From NCBI GenBank assembly GCA_965209035.1, contig OZ242372.1, positions 704,001-768,000 of the forward strand: DNA of 64,000 bases. Direction: 5' to 3'. The notes under the pieces were generated by a model that searched no databases, was not told the DNA's origin, and saw only the letters and a list, made by a program, of their open reading frames with translations. Numbering within the stretch: the stretch's first letter is position 1; every line of letters begins with the position of its first letter. This DNA is from Gammaproteobacteria bacterium. GTDB taxonomy: Bacteria; Pseudomonadota; Gammaproteobacteria; CBDBNL01; JAAOII01. Positions 1-11,009 of this stretch are shown here, in pieces. The position numbers and the translations under genes are program-made.

Positions 1-82
1 CCGCAACCGCACCATCATGAGCACGACTTGCCTGATCATTTACCAAAGCAATTATCTTCTCTTTGTCTTTTTTAGTTAACAT
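1..82 (-). CDS. rplJ: 50S ribosomal protein L10, N-terminal part (runs off window start)
   Basis: Manual translation from ATG at 82: MLTKKDKEKIIALVNDQASRAHDGAVA, similar to the L10 N-terminus; lies downstream of rplK-rplA as expected. Confidence 0.85.
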   Translation of the reverse strand, partial: MLTKKDKEKIIALVNDQASRAHDGAVA

Positions 83-124
83 TGCATGTAGATTGTGTAA
101 ACGGGAAACACCAAAAGAGATGGT

Positions 125-182
125 CCCGGATTAACCGTCTGCGCGGGGTATTAAGCAAAATGCTCCCGCGGTCTTCAACAAT
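125..182 (-). promoter_or_regulatory. L10 leader (rplJ-rplL autoregulatory RNA element)
   Basis: Minus strand reads GAAGACCGCGGGAG...TTAATACCCCGCGCAGACGGT, matching the AAGACCGYAGG..TTAA..CCTGCGTAGACGG pattern of L10 leaders, in the rplA-rplJ gap. Confidence 0.7.
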
Positions 183-213
183 GAAATTAAAAATCGTACG
201 CATCTTCTTCGGG

Positions 214-915
214 CTAGGACCTGTCTTCCGGGAGAATTTCCAAAGACGGTCCCATAGTGGATGATAAAAAAATACGCTTCAAATAGACTCCCTTACTTGT
301 TTTGGGCTTTAATTTGCGAATTTCGTTTAAAACAGCATAAAAATTCTTTGTCAAATCTTCGGTGTTTGCGTTTAATTTTCCTATGCCACAATGCACTATA
401 CCGCCCTTTTCATTGCGAAATCTTACCTGTCCCGATTTTGCAGCCTTAACAGTTGCCGCAACTTCGTTTGTAACCGTTCCGTCTTTCGGATTTGGCATGA
501 GCCCTTTGGGACCTAACACTCTCCCCAAACGACTTGCAATCTTCATTGTGGCGGGAGTAGCAATCACCACATCATAATCCATCCGCCCCTTTTGCATGGA
601 TTCGGCCAAATCGTCCATACCCACGGCATCCGCGCCGGCGTCTTTGGCTTCCTTCGCGGTGTCCCCTTCCGCAAACACAGCTATGCGCACCTTTTTGCCG
701 GAACCACCCGGCAAGGAGGCAAGACCGCGTACCATTTGATCTCCCTTGCGAGCATCAATTCCCAGTTTAACCGCCAGATCCAAGCCTTGGTCAAACTTAC
801 AGGGAGGAAGATTCTTAAGAAAGTTAATGGCATCCAAAGGCGAGTAGGCTGAGGCTCCTTTTTTATCGTTCAGCCCGGCTTGAATCTGTTTTGCCCGTTT
901 TGTTGTTTTATTCAT
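214..915 (-). CDS. rplA: 50S ribosomal protein L1
   Basis: KFDQ..D, LGRVLGPKGLMPNPK.GTV and SSTMGP motifs. Confidence 0.98.
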   Translation of the reverse strand: MNKTTKRAKQIQAGLNDKKGASAYSPLDAINFLKNLPPCKFDQGLDLAVKLGIDARKGDQMVRGLASLPGGSGKKVRIAVFAEGDTAKEAKDAGADAVGMDDLAESMQKGRMDYDVVIATPATMKIASRLGRVLGPKGLMPNPKDGTVTNEVAATVKAAKSGQVRFRNEKGGIVHCGIGKLNANTEDLTKNFYAVLNEIRKLKPKTSKGVYLKRIFLSSTMGPSLEILPEDRS

Positions 916-921
916 CGCTAT

Positions 922-1377
922 TTATCCTTCCACCTCCAATCCCATGCTACGCGCCGTTCCTTCTATAATGCGCGCAGCGGCATCCATATTCGCCGCATTA
1001 AGATCCGGCTTTTTCTTTTCCGCAATCTCTTTTAACTGATCTCTCGTGACCTTGCCCACTTTATTTTTGTTTGGCTCACCGCTTCCTTTTTGAATATTTG
1101 CCGCTTTGCGTAACAAAAATGAGGCCGGCGGGGTCTTAACAATAAAAGTAAAACTGCGATCCTTGTAGACTGTCACAATGACAGGTAACGGCATCCCCTG
1201 CTCTTCTTTGGAGGTCTTATCATTAAATGACTTACAGAATTCCTGGATGTTCGCCCCGTGTTGACCCAACGCGGGCCCAACCGCAGTACCGGGGTTAGCT
1301 TGCCCGGCGGGAAGTTGTAACTTAATGATCGCCGCAATCTTATCCTTGGAAATGCCTTGTTTTGCTTTCTTGTTCAT
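922..1377 (-). CDS. rplK: 50S ribosomal protein L11
   Basis: [32 protein letters not shown] and GTARSMG motifs. Confidence 0.98.
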   Translation of the reverse strand: MNKKAKQGISKDKIAAIIKLQLPAGQANPGTAVGPALGQHGANIQEFCKSFNDKTSKEEQGMPLPVIVTVYKDRSFTFIVKTPPASFLLRKAANIQKGSGEPNKNKVGKVTRDQLKEIAEKKKPDLNAANMDAAARIIEGTARSMGLEVEG

Positions 1378-1916
1378 CCTTTTTCTACCTTTTTAAATTC
1401 TATCTCTACGGGGGCCGTTCTGCCAAATATGGAAACCAGAACATTTAACCTTTGTTTTGCACTATCTACCTTCTCCACTGTTCCGCTAAATCCGGAAAAA
1501 GGACCGTCTGTAATACGCACAATTTCGCCCACACTAAATAATTGTGTTTCCACCTTTCCTTCCAATCTGCGCTGAATTGCATCTATTTCTTTTTTCCGTA
1601 TAGGGGCGGGATTTTTTGCTGTCCCGCCAATGAAACCCATGACCCAGGGAGTGGAACGCACCAGATGCCAACTCTTGTCGTTCATATCCATTCTAACCAG
1701 CAAACATCCCGGGAAAAACTTTTTTTCGGTAGAACGCCGCTGATTACCGTGAAGTTCGACAATTTTTTCCGACGGCACTAAAATATCCGGCTCATCACCG
1801 AAATCTTTCGCCGCGGCACCTTCTTCTTCTTGCTCTTCTCTTATACGCTCTTCCAAAAACCGTTTAACTTGGTTTTCATATCCGGAATATGCTTGAACCA
1901 CATACCAATCCATCAT
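1374..1916 (-). CDS. nusG: Transcription termination/antitermination factor NusG
   Basis: [12 protein letters not shown]-terminus, FFPG, KOW motif [22 protein letters not shown]. Confidence 0.97.
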   Translation of the reverse strand: MMDWYVVQAYSGYENQVKRFLEERIREEQEEEGAAAKDFGDEPDILVPSEKIVELHGNQRRSTEKKFFPGCLLVRMDMNDKSWHLVRSTPWVMGFIGGTAKNPAPIRKKEIDAIQRRLEGKVETQLFSVGEIVRITDGPFSGFSGTVEKVDSAKQRLNVLVSIFGRTAPVEIEFKKVEKG

Positions 1917-1919
1917 TTC

Positions 1920-2294
1920 CTAACCCAATATAGCGGCAGCCGCCCAAGCAAATATCGAATCCAATCCCCACAAAAGGAGCATCACCAAGATAACCATCAA
2001 AATAACGGAAATAAAGGTTTGCATCATTTCCGACCTGGTCGGCCAAATCACTCTTCCTATTTCCAATCTCGCTTGCAACATTAACGCAACTGTTTTCTTT
2101 CCTCGCTCGGTCGTGTAAAATATTCCGCCAGCCACTGCCAACAATATCAACCCCAGTACTACTCTGTAAAAAACAGAGTAATTGGCATAGTAATAATTTC
2201 CGGCGACTATCGCAACCATTATGATACAAATAGCAACCCACTTAACAGAGGCGGAAAAAGAGCTACCGAGAATTACCTTGTTCGCGTCACTCAT
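1920..2294 (-). CDS. secE: Preprotein translocase subunit SecE (3-TM gammaproteobacterial type)
   Basis: Three hydrophobic segments, EIGRVIWPTRSE motif, located between tRNA-Trp and nusG. Confidence 0.95.
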   Translation of the reverse strand: MSDANKVILGSSFSASVKWVAICIIMVAIVAGNYYYANYSVFYRVVLGLILLAVAGGIFYTTERGKKTVALMLQARLEIGRVIWPTRSEMMQTFISVILMVILVMLLLWGLDSIFAWAAAAILG

Positions 2295-2331
2295 TTTATT
2301 TCTCTTTTTAAGTTCAATTTGACTAACACAA

Positions 2332-2404
<73 letters not shown>

Positions 2405-2427
2405 AAAAAAATAGACTGTGAACTCTA

Positions 2428-3618
2428 TTATTTTATGACTTTGGCCACCACGCCCGCACCAACAGTCCGACCGCCTTCCCGTATGGCAAAGCGCAACCCT
2501 TCTTCCATGGCAATAGGAGCGATCAATTTAACCAACATCTTGATGTTATCTCCCGGCATGACCATTTCTACCTTGTCCGGTAACTCGACCTCGCCGGTAA
2601 CATCAGTGGTCCGAAAATAAAACTGCGGCTTATAACCCTTTATAAACGGCGTATGTCTTCCGCCTTCGTCTTTGGTCAGAATGTAAACCTCGGCTTCAAA
2701 CTCAGTATGCGGAGTGATACTGCCGGGTTTGGCAAGCACCTGTCCGCGCTCCACGTCTTCGCGCTTTGTCCCTCTCAACAAGACGCCCACATTCTCGCCG
2801 GCTCTGCCTTCATCCAAAAGTTTTCTAAACATTTCAACGCCGGTGCAGGTCGTCTTTGTTGTATCCTTGATACCGATAATTGCCACTTCCTCATGAACCT
2901 TAACGATCCCGCGCTCAATTCGCCCGGTGACCACGGTCCCACGGCCTGAGATGCTGAAGATATCTTCTATGGGCATCAAAAACGGCTTGTCTATGTCTCT
3001 CTTAGGTTCCGGAAAATACTCGTCAAGCGTTTCCACCAGTTTAATGACAGAACCCGCCCCCATCTCACTCGTATCTCCCTCCAGAGACTTGAGTGCGGAG
3101 CCCACAATAATCGGAGTATCGTCACCGGGGAACTCGTATTTTGTCAGAAGTTCTCTGATTTCTACTTCCACCAGTTCCAATAGTTCTTTGTCGTCGACCT
3201 GATCGGCTTTGTTAAGATAAACCACAATTCGGGGGACCCCTACCTGGCGTGCCAGAAGGATGTGCTCCCGAGTCTGCGGCATAGGACCGTCGGCGGCGGA
3301 AACCACCAAAATAGCGCCGTCCATTTGGGCCGCACCGGTAATCATGTTTTTGATGTAGTCCGCGTGTCCCGGACAATCCACATGCGCATAATGTCTCTTG
3401 TCACTTTGGTATTCCACATGCGAGGTTGCTATGGTAATACCGCGTTCTTTTTCTTCCGGAGCATTGTCAATACCCGCAAAAGTCAGAGCATCTCCGCCCC
3501 ATTTGTCGGCACAAACTTTTGTAAGAGCGGCCGTCAAAGTAGTTTTCCCATGATCCACATGACCGATGGTTCCCACATTAATATGGGGTTTTGTTCTTTC
3601 GTATTTTTCTTTTGCCAT
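2428..3618 (-). CDS. tuf: Elongation factor Tu
   Basis: [21 protein letters not shown] motifs; 396 aa. Confidence 0.99.
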   Translation of the reverse strand: MAKEKYERTKPHINVGTIGHVDHGKTTLTAALTKVCADKWGGDALTFAGIDNAPEEKERGITIATSHVEYQSDKRHYAHVDCPGHADYIKNMITGAAQMDGAILVVSAADGPMPQTREHILLARQVGVPRIVVYLNKADQVDDKELLELVEVEIRELLTKYEFPGDDTPIIVGSALKSLEGDTSEMGAGSVIKLVETLDEYFPEPKRDIDKPFLMPIEDIFSISGRGTVVTGRIERGIVKVHEEVAIIGIKDTTKTTCTGVEMFRKLLDEGRAGENVGVLLRGTKREDVERGQVLAKPGSITPHTEFEAEVYILTKDEGGRHTPFIKGYKPQFYFRTTDVTGEVELPDKVEMVMPGDNIKMLVKLIAPIAMEEGLRFAIREGGRTVGAGVVAKVIK

Positions 3619-3673
3619 TTTTTATCTTCTAAAATAAAATTTAATTTTTATAAAATCCAATCGTCAAACTCAA

Positions 3674-3746
<73 letters not shown>

Positions 3747-3779
3747 AACCTCATTCTTATTTGCCGTTACTTTAACTTA

Positions 3780-3850
3780 AGCGGGTAGCGGGGATCGAAC
3801 CCGCATTCTCAGCTTGGAAGGCTGATGTGCTACCATTATACCATACCCGC
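3780..3850 (-). tRNA. glyT: tRNA-Gly (TCC)
   Basis: GCGGGTA..TACCCGC acceptor stem, anticodon loop CTTCCAA; no CCA encoded. Confidence 0.97.
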
Positions 3851-4014
3851 AAGAATTGCATAAAACATAAGACTCGCACAGCACATGATACAAAAGCATT
3901 AATAAAATAATACCCGACAGAGAATGACTCGCACCAACGCAACACAAGAATTATAACAAAAAAAACTAAAAAAACACGCTTTTTAATGATTTTTTATCAA
4001 ATCTTTGTTAAAAA

Positions 4015-4096
4015 TGGAGAGGGCAGGATTCGAACCTACGAAGCACGAGGCGGCAGGTTTACAGCCTGCTGGGTTTGACCGCTCCCCAACCTCTCC
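4015..4096 (-). tRNA. tyrU: tRNA-Tyr (GTA)
   Basis: GGAGAGG..CCTCTCC stem, anticodon loop CTGTAAA, long variable arm; discriminator A followed by TTTT, so no CCA. Confidence 0.96.
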
Positions 4097-4105
4097 CCAA
4101 TAATA

Positions 4106-4178
<73 letters not shown>

Positions 4179-4328
4179 CAGAGATGTTATTTTAACCTTC
4201 AATGATTGAATGTGTAACAGATTTTTCCAAATTTTTGCCCCATAAAACAGATTTGCACTCTTAATTAAGATAATCAATGTTACTATTCATTAATCAATAA
4301 TCTCACACAAACACCGTGAACAGAATTC

Positions 4329-5834
4329 TTAATAATATGTGGATTCCAGTTCGGTGAATATCTCTATCTGGGTTTTTCGTTCGTCTCTTCTGGTTCGGTC
4401 CAGTTCAAGCAAATAATCCGGCGTGATCCCGCCTGTAACATATTTGCCGTCAAACATAGAACAATCAAAGTTTTTAATTTTTGTAGTGTCTCCGCCAACC
4501 GCTTCCACCAAAGAAGGCAGATCTTGGTAAACCAAACCGTCTGCACCGATGGAAGCACAAATATCTTCCGCATCGCAGCCATGTGCAATGAACTCGCTCT
4601 GAGAAGGCATGTCTATGCCGTAAACATTGGGGTAGCGCACAGGAGGCGCGGCAGATGCATAATAAACATGTTTTGCCCCGGCCTGACGTGCCATAGCGAT
4701 AATCTGTCGGCAGGTTGTTCCGCGCACAATCGAATCATCCACCAATAGGACATTCTTATTACGAAATTCAAAATCTATGATGCTCAGTTTACGACGAACC
4801 GAAGCATCTCTTAGGTGTTGATGTGGCATGATAAAAGTTCGACCGATGTAACGATTTTTGACGAGTCCCTCTCTGTAGTTGATGCCAAGATTCAATGCCA
4901 CTTCAACCGCGGATACGCGACTACTGTCCGGAACAGGAATGACCACATCTATGCGGTCTTTGGGGATCTTTTGGCGAATTCGCTTGCTGAGAGAAACACC
5001 CATTCGCTGCCTCGCCTGATGAACGGAGATCCCGTCAAGAACAGAATCCGGACGCGCAAAGTAAACATACTCAAAAATACAGGGCGATTTTTTGCCGCCA
5101 TAAACATGACGAAACAAGTCACCTGTCTCGGTGATTAACAACGCCTCACCGGCTTCCAGATCACGCACAACGGAAAAGCCTTGAGACTGCAAAGCAACCG
5201 ATTCGGAAGCAACCATGTATTCTGTTTTTGCCAAGCGGCGCCCTCGGCGTTCTCCCAAAATCAGAGGACGAATGCCATGTTTGTCGCGAAATGCCAATAC
5301 GCCTATCCCCAGCAGCAAGCAAACAGCCGCATAACCGCCTTCGCAGTTTTGGTACAACTGTTCAAGTGCCTTAAAAATTTGTGACGGCTCCGAAATATTG
5401 GAAGCAACGGGTTCCAAACAATATGCCAAATAATTGAGCATTAGTTCCGAATCGGAATTTGTATTGATATGCCGACGAGCATTAAGACGTAATTCTTCGC
5501 GAAGTTCGTGCGTATTGTTAATTGTCCCGTTATGGGCCAAGGAAATTCCATAGGGGCTGTTAACATAAAAAGGTTGACACTCGTTCGGATGCTCACCGCC
5601 GGCTGTCGGGTAACGCACATGTCCGATGCCCATATTGCCTCGCAATTGCAAAAGATGTTTCGATTCGTCAAATACTTCACTAACCAACCCCTTCTGACGA
5701 CGCAGATAAATAGAGTTTTTTTGGGCAGTTGCAATCCCGGCACCGTCTTGCCCGCGGTGTTGAAGCATAGTCAAGGCATCAAAAATACTCTGATTGACAT
5801 CAGTTTGGGCATATATACCCACCAGCCCGCACAT
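4329..5834 (-). CDS. purF: Amidophosphoribosyltransferase
   Basis: N-terminal MCG, LQHRGQD, GHVRYPTAG, PRPP-binding VLLVDDSIVRGTT. Confidence 0.98.
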   Translation of the reverse strand: MCGLVGIYAQTDVNQSIFDALTMLQHRGQDGAGIATAQKNSIYLRRQKGLVSEVFDESKHLLQLRGNMGIGHVRYPTAGGEHPNECQPFYVNSPYGISLAHNGTINNTHELREELRLNARRHINTNSDSELMLNYLAYCLEPVASNISEPSQIFKALEQLYQNCEGGYAAVCLLLGIGVLAFRDKHGIRPLILGERRGRRLAKTEYMVASESVALQSQGFSVVRDLEAGEALLITETGDLFRHVYGGKKSPCIFEYVYFARPDSVLDGISVHQARQRMGVSLSKRIRQKIPKDRIDVVIPVPDSSRVSAVEVALNLGINYREGLVKNRYIGRTFIMPHQHLRDASVRRKLSIIDFEFRNKNVLLVDDSIVRGTTCRQIIAMARQAGAKHVYYASAAPPVRYPNVYGIDMPSQSEFIAHGCDAEDICASIGADGLVYQDLPSLVEAVGGDTTKIKNFDCSMFDGKYVTGGITPDYLLELDRTRRDERKTQIEIFTELESTYY

Positions 5835-5932
5835 TTTTATTTACTCGTGTTTTTTGAAAAAGAAGTCGTCAAGATTTCCCAACCCGACATGCCCGACGAG
5901 AAGACCGGGCATCCTTTGGCAGATTTACAAGT

Positions 5933-6460
5933 TTACAAAACACATAGCCCGCCCCAAAGAACATCACATATTTTTTGTAAAACAGAGTTTGCCCAATACA
6001 ACTCCCATTGTTCCAAATAGGGAGTCAGACGAGAATTTTGCCAATAAGCACTTTCGTCCAAAGTTAAAAGGCGAACGATCTGGACAATAAAAATGCTTTG
6101 AACGGCCAACAAAGGCAAACTCAGAATCCCGCCAATCGCCCTTGTCAGAGGGACGGTGGTAACATTTGGATAACTTAACATCACAAAAGATACGATGATC
6201 CTAAGAAAAACGAACAGAAAGAAAAATATCAGGGCAAAGGGTAATAACAGCAAAAGTTCCGGGTCGGTAACATAGCGGCCCAATGGCTTTTGCAAAATAC
6301 CCGCAATCACTTGCGAAGAAGTCAAAACAGCTAACCAGAGAATGAGTGCAATCAAAGCCTTCACAAAGCCGCGAGATATGCCCACGCCGATTAAAATAAC
6401 CGCCAAGGCGACAAGTATCCAGTCCGTCTCATTAAATGAGGTAATGTTTATTAGTTCCAC
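5933..6460 (-). CDS. cvpA: CvpA family (colicin V production) membrane protein
   Basis: DWIL..GISRGFVKAL hydrophobic pattern, W.NSRL.P motif; canonical dedD-cvpA-purF order. Confidence 0.85.
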   Translation of the reverse strand: MELINITSFNETDWILVALAVILIGVGISRGFVKALIALILWLAVLTSSQVIAGILQKPLGRYVTDPELLLLLPFALIFFFLFVFLRIIVSFVMLSYPNVTTVPLTRAIGGILSLPLLAVQSIFIVQIVRLLTLDESAYWQNSRLTPYLEQWELYWANSVLQKICDVLWGGLCVL

Positions 6461-7008
6461 TTTCTTATTATGCTATCCATTTGAAATAATCTGTCAACTT
6501 CTCCTTTATTATGAAGGGCTTTATCTTTTTGTAGGGTTGGTCCCACATAAACCGCGTATATTATATCATTTTCGGATTGTTTATGACTATGTGTAAAAGA
6601 AATAAATCCTTTGTCCGCCAATTCTTGCTTCAATTTTTGTGCGGATTCTTTGCTTTTTAATGAAGCCACCTGAACTACCCAGCGCACCGGAATTCCATTA
6701 TCATCAAAAGAAAAAGCATCCAGGCCGGCCTCACCGGCTTTGGGTTTGACGGTTTTCTTGGCATCTTTGCCGGAATTTTTTGCTTGAGTTTGAACATTTT
6801 CTTTGATTTCGGATAATTTTTCTTTGATCTCCAAAGAGTCAGAGACGGGCGGCGGCGGTTTTAACTCAAGCTCAACAAATCCCGGCGGCACTTCAATATC
6901 CCGATAGGAATGCGGCGGGATGTTGCGTAAAAGTTGTAAAAAAACAATCACCGCAATCACCAAAACAATGACCCCGCCTAAGATGCGAGAGCGAATCTTG
7001 TCATCCAT
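6451..7008 (-). CDS. dedD: SPOR-domain cell division protein DedD
   Basis: N-terminal TM (RILGGVIVLVIAVIVF), linker, C-terminal SPOR (WVVQVASL, VYVGP); upstream of cvpA. Confidence 0.85.
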   Translation of the reverse strand: MDDKIRSRILGGVIVLVIAVIVFLQLLRNIPPHSYRDIEVPPGFVELELKPPPPVSDSLEIKEKLSEIKENVQTQAKNSGKDAKKTVKPKAGEAGLDAFSFDDNGIPVRWVVQVASLKSKESAQKLKQELADKGFISFTHSHKQSENDIIYAVYVGPTLQKDKALHNKGEVDRLFQMDSIIRKWN

Positions 7009-7029
7009 TTTGTTAATTCAATTTCAACA

Positions 7030-8634
7030 TCAATCAAAAACAACCCGAATGCCTATGACGGAAGATTTGTGATGCAAAGGGGCCTTTGCATAATAACTAT
7101 AATACGCGCTTAATGGACCGGGAAGGCGATAGTTTCCTCCTTTAACTATGGCCTTAAGAGTCGCACCTTCCGGGGTAAAAGAACTTGTCCATTCCGAAAT
7201 ATTACCCGCCATTGACACCACCCCTGTGTTTGTTTTATCCGCTAACTCTTTGCGAACAGGAATCGGCACATCCGGCGTATATTGATTTTCAAGATCTCGC
7301 ACATGCGCCGCTTCTTTTTGATACGCATTTCCCCAGGGGTAAGGCTTACGAGAGTCACCGCCGAAAGCATAAAGCCATTCGCGTTCGGTAGGCAGCCTGC
7401 CCCCGGCCCATTTCGCAAATGCATAAGCACTCCACCAATCAATACCAACCACAGGCAGATCCAATTGACCGGTCTGTTCTTGCCAATTCGTTGGTCGATA
7501 AGAATGTTTACGCGGTTGGTTTTTGTTCGCATAAAAGCCGAGACCGGCAAAAGGGTCACGCAAAAAACTTCGATATTGTGCCCGACTCACTTCATACTTA
7601 CCAAACCTAATGTCCCCGTTCTGCGGAGAAACTGCCGAGAGAAAGTTTCTAAAAGAAGACGGTTTGATTTCTTCGGATCGCGACAGTAACTTGGGCGCAT
7701 AATGCCGAGCAGCAATGCCGATAAAATAAGAACCACCCGAAACACGAACGACCTTACTTTTTGCATTCCACGGTATTTCTCGCACGGAGTTTTTCAAGTC
7801 TTTGTCCCGGTTGTTCGGCGGGTAAACACAACGAAACCCGGTGTACTTGGAACGAAAAGAAAAAGGTGCCGGCCGTGCAATAAAATTGAGAGCATGGATC
7901 TGATGCGGGCGATTATAACTGTTACCGCCGCGTAGCACAGATCTTTTGTCTTCCGTGATCTCCAAAGTCCATTCCGAAAGACCGCTCCCCAAATCATAAA
8001 CACCTTCGGGACTGGCATTTGGCTGACGCTGTTTATCCGAGGCCGCCAAATTCAACAGAGGATCACTATAACGCCATGCCGAGGCAACAAACTTCTCTCC
8101 CCAAGGATAGGATCTGTTTTCTTTGCCGCCGGCAGCGGCAATCCATTGTTCTCGATTTGGGAGAGAGCCACCGACTGCGGAACAATAAGCATAGGCCTCG
8201 TAAAAGCTCACCCCGGCTGCCGGAAGTGCCAGTTTTCCTAAAATAGGATGTCGGGCATGCGGGTTTTGAAAACGATAGTCCGCTGGCTGAGAAACATGCA
8301 CATGCCGTTGCCCGGATGCTCCTTGTAAAACATACCAGTTCAGAAATTGGCGGTAATCACTTTGACGAACTTCGTATTTATCAATATAAAAAGCGTCGAT
8401 CCGCAACATCTCACCCGAAGCCATGATTTGATCCCTTAGTTCCCCGTTACCCAAAACATAACCGGCGTGTTCGGCAATTGCCCGGTCCAAACCGCTCAGC
8501 GGAGTTTCTTGAGCGGGAACATCCAACGCGACGCGTTCTATGAAACGTGCCTGTACTCGTAAAAAAATAAGATAAACCGCCAGTGCGAAAACCGGCAATA
8601 TCCATAAAACAAGGTAAGTGAATCGTCTCAGCAT
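7030..8634 (-). CDS. Membrane-anchored protein with two FGE-sulfatase (SUMF1/GldK-like) domains
   Basis: Two copies of the family motifs: FYIDKYEV/FGKYEV, A.AYC...GG.LP..EQW and AYAFAKWAGGRLPTEREW, YPWG, G.LSEW/GNISEW, RGG/KGG, GFRCV/GIRVV; N-terminal TM. Confidence 0.85.
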   Translation of the reverse strand: MLRRFTYLVLWILPVFALAVYLIFLRVQARFIERVALDVPAQETPLSGLDRAIAEHAGYVLGNGELRDQIMASGEMLRIDAFYIDKYEVRQSDYRQFLNWYVLQGASGQRHVHVSQPADYRFQNPHARHPILGKLALPAAGVSFYEAYAYCSAVGGSLPNREQWIAAAGGKENRSYPWGEKFVASAWRYSDPLLNLAASDKQRQPNASPEGVYDLGSGLSEWTLEITEDKRSVLRGGNSYNRPHQIHALNFIARPAPFSFRSKYTGFRCVYPPNNRDKDLKNSVREIPWNAKSKVVRVSGGSYFIGIAARHYAPKLLSRSEEIKPSSFRNFLSAVSPQNGDIRFGKYEVSRAQYRSFLRDPFAGLGFYANKNQPRKHSYRPTNWQEQTGQLDLPVVGIDWWSAYAFAKWAGGRLPTEREWLYAFGGDSRKPYPWGNAYQKEAAHVRDLENQYTPDVPIPVRKELADKTNTGVVSMAGNISEWTSSFTPEGATLKAIVKGGNYRLPGPLSAYYSYYAKAPLHHKSSVIGIRVVFD

Positions 8635-8676
8635 TTTATTATCATATGATTATAATGCAACACCTATCTGCGGAAC

Positions 8677-10479
8677 TTACGAAGTCAGGCGAGTACGGGT
8701 AATGCCGCTACCAAGTGCCCAAAGAACCATCACAATTAAAATAAAGGTCCCGCCGTAAACCAGACTCAACACGATCTCACGCCGAGAAGAAAAAACCGGT
8801 AACTTGGTAAAAATGGACTGACTTCCCAAGTAAACTTTGTTCAGTTCCCCCAAAACTCCAAAATCAAACCCTTCAATAATTTCACCTCCGTAAACATATC
8901 CGATGACCACATCGGAGATGTTCGGATCCAAAACAGCGACGGGATACCACCGCTCAAAATCCAAAATATCACTCGGTATCAGAAGCGTATCTCCGCGAAA
9001 AATCTCGGTTGTCTTGCCCGTATCCGGATAAGGAAAAAGGCGCATGTCAGCATTGACCCATTCCGCCAGGCGAGGTGTACTTTGAAATAAATTCATTGAA
9101 AAAAGGTGTATGCTATCCAAGGGACCATTAATCGGCATCAATAAACGACTTAAACAAAAAGAACAAAGGCGATATTCAACTTCCAAGGGACCCTCTTTTG
9201 TTTCAAAAGCAGTCCGCATGTTTTCCCGTAAACTCTCCGCCAATTGCATCTCTTCCGTGCTGACACCGGAAAAGCCGCTTGTCAAAAACTCCGTAAAAAA
9301 TTGATCCGGGTTTATGCTGTCAATTCCGTTTTTATCCGCACGACGCAAATATTCGTTCAAGAACAGAATCATAAAAGTATGATAATCCACCGGCTCACCC
9401 TCTTGTCCCGGCGGAAAGGCGTTTTCAAAAAGTTGTTGAAACAACAAGGTTCCTTCTTCGCCCTCTCCTCCGAAAGGAACGCGAATCTTCACAGAAGAAG
9501 GCCTGCCAAAAGAATCACCCTCGGTGCCGCGTTCCTCCGTTATGGCTCTTGCCAATTCTTCGGCCAGAGTATCTCCGTAGCCGCCGTCATTATTTGCCTC
9601 AAACTCCGACAAACTTTCGGCTCGCTCTCGCCTTTCCAGACCGCCGCGCGCCAGTCCCACTGTCTCACTCGGTGGCAATAATTCTTCAATCAACTCGGCA
9701 TCCCTCAAAGATCCCCCTTCAGGAATATCCTCCGGAATGATGGCAGCCGCATCTTCCGTATCCGTATTACCGCCTTGCTCTCGCACTTCGGGAGATTCCG
9801 GATCTTCTTCCAAACCCTCTCCGTTACCTTCGTCTTCTTCACCGTCCGATGCGGAACCATTTGACGATGTCTCGTCACTCTCACTCAGAGTATCTCCTTC
9901 GCCACCAGGAGGCAGGGGCACAGATTCACCGACAAAATGCCAATGGCTCGGCTCCACTCCGTTCTCGCGCAAAATAGAAAGTCCGAGATAGTAAAGATCC
10001 GCGGAATAAATGTCCAATCTGGCCCGTTGTTTTTCCACCGGGTTTAAAAGACTTAAATACACATCCAAGGCGTTATTTTCACGCAGCAGTTCCCCCCGAT
10101 TAAAGATGCGTCCCGAGTTGCGCTCGCGTATATAACCCGCATGCAGTTCAAAAATTGGATAAAGCCATAACAAGCAATCATGCCGTTCGTATTCGTTTCT
10201 CCAAGGGCCACGCGGCGAAGCACAATGATAGTTATGCAAAACGGCCGGCGGGCTGCTCGGTAAATCGTTGAATACCAAACTGCCGGCAATATCGCGAGCA
10301 AGAATGGCATCAATTTCAACACTTTGTTCTGTCTCCTGTTCCGCTTGAATCTTTCTTTGATTAATCGTAATGATAATCACTACCAACAGAACAACCACGC
10401 CGTTGGCCAAAATATCCGCCAAAGCAACACCGCCAAAACTGCCAATAATCTTTTTCTTCTTGCCCGCGAAACGATGCAT
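8677..10479 (-). CDS. Hypothetical membrane protein; N-terminal MotB/ExbD-like TM, acidic linker, C-terminal TM
   Basis: 600 aa ORF; basic N-terminus then GGVALADILANGVVVLLVVIII with an intramembrane Asp; E/D/G-rich middle; hydrophobic C-terminus. Confidence 0.75.
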   Translation of the reverse strand: MHRFAGKKKKIIGSFGGVALADILANGVVVLLVVIIITINQRKIQAEQETEQSVEIDAILARDIAGSLVFNDLPSSPPAVLHNYHCASPRGPWRNEYERHDCLLWLYPIFELHAGYIRERNSGRIFNRGELLRENNALDVYLSLLNPVEKQRARLDIYSADLYYLGLSILRENGVEPSHWHFVGESVPLPPGGEGDTLSESDETSSNGSASDGEEDEGNGEGLEEDPESPEVREQGGNTDTEDAAAIIPEDIPEGGSLRDAELIEELLPPSETVGLARGGLERRERAESLSEFEANNDGGYGDTLAEELARAITEERGTEGDSFGRPSSVKIRVPFGGEGEEGTLLFQQLFENAFPPGQEGEPVDYHTFMILFLNEYLRRADKNGIDSINPDQFFTEFLTSGFSGVSTEEMQLAESLRENMRTAFETKEGPLEVEYRLCSFCLSRLLMPINGPLDSIHLFSMNLFQSTPRLAEWVNADMRLFPYPDTGKTTEIFRGDTLLIPSDILDFERWYPVAVLDPNISDVVIGYVYGGEIIEGFDFGVLGELNKVYLGSQSIFTKLPVFSSRREIVLSLVYGGTFILIVMVLWALGSGITRTRLTS

Positions 10480-10484
10480 TTTGT

Positions 10485-11006
10485 TTATCTGCTTTTTTCC
10501 AGACTGCGGCGGATACGCGGTGGCAGATCTTCCAAGCGCACCGCTTGCAGAAAATCGTCATTTGCAATAATCCAACCGATGGAAATTCTTCGGTTTGGCC
10601 ACATGTTCTTTAAACAATCGCGCGCCAACCGCATAGTGGAAACACTGCCTGTGGTGATTGCAAAAATTAATTGGGTATTTTTTTTATCGTATACTTCGCG
10701 CGCATAGTTGGCAAAGTTTGTTTGCGCGCAGTCTTTGCGTAAGTCCGCTCTGTTCGTTGCTTCCTTTTTTTCTATGACATGCACTCTGTCCGGAAAAGTG
10801 AGCACAATATAGCCTTCGGCACCCTGTTCCCAATTAATCTTGTAAATGCTGTCTTCCAGAGAGTTTTCCACCTGAGCCCGCAATTCCGATTCGGCAAAGA
10901 TATTGATCAGCAGGAACAAAATTAATAGCAAGGCAAATGCCGCGCCAAAGATTTCTACCATAGGGGTATTGCCGCCGGCCAGATCCTGGCGCGTTCTACG
11001 GGGCAC
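10485..11006 (-). CDS. Hypothetical ExbD/TolR/MotB-like single-TM protein
   Basis: MPRRTR basic N-terminus, then PMVEIFGAAFALLLILFLLI, resembling the P(M/L)(I/V)D ExbD motif with Glu; starts just after the MotA-like gene. Confidence 0.7.
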   Translation of the reverse strand: MPRRTRQDLAGGNTPMVEIFGAAFALLLILFLLINIFAESELRAQVENSLEDSIYKINWEQGAEGYIVLTFPDRVHVIEKKEATNRADLRKDCAQTNFANYAREVYDKKNTQLIFAITTGSVSTMRLARDCLKNMWPNRRISIGWIIANDDFLQAVRLEDLPPRIRRSLEKSR

Positions 11007-11009
11007 GGG

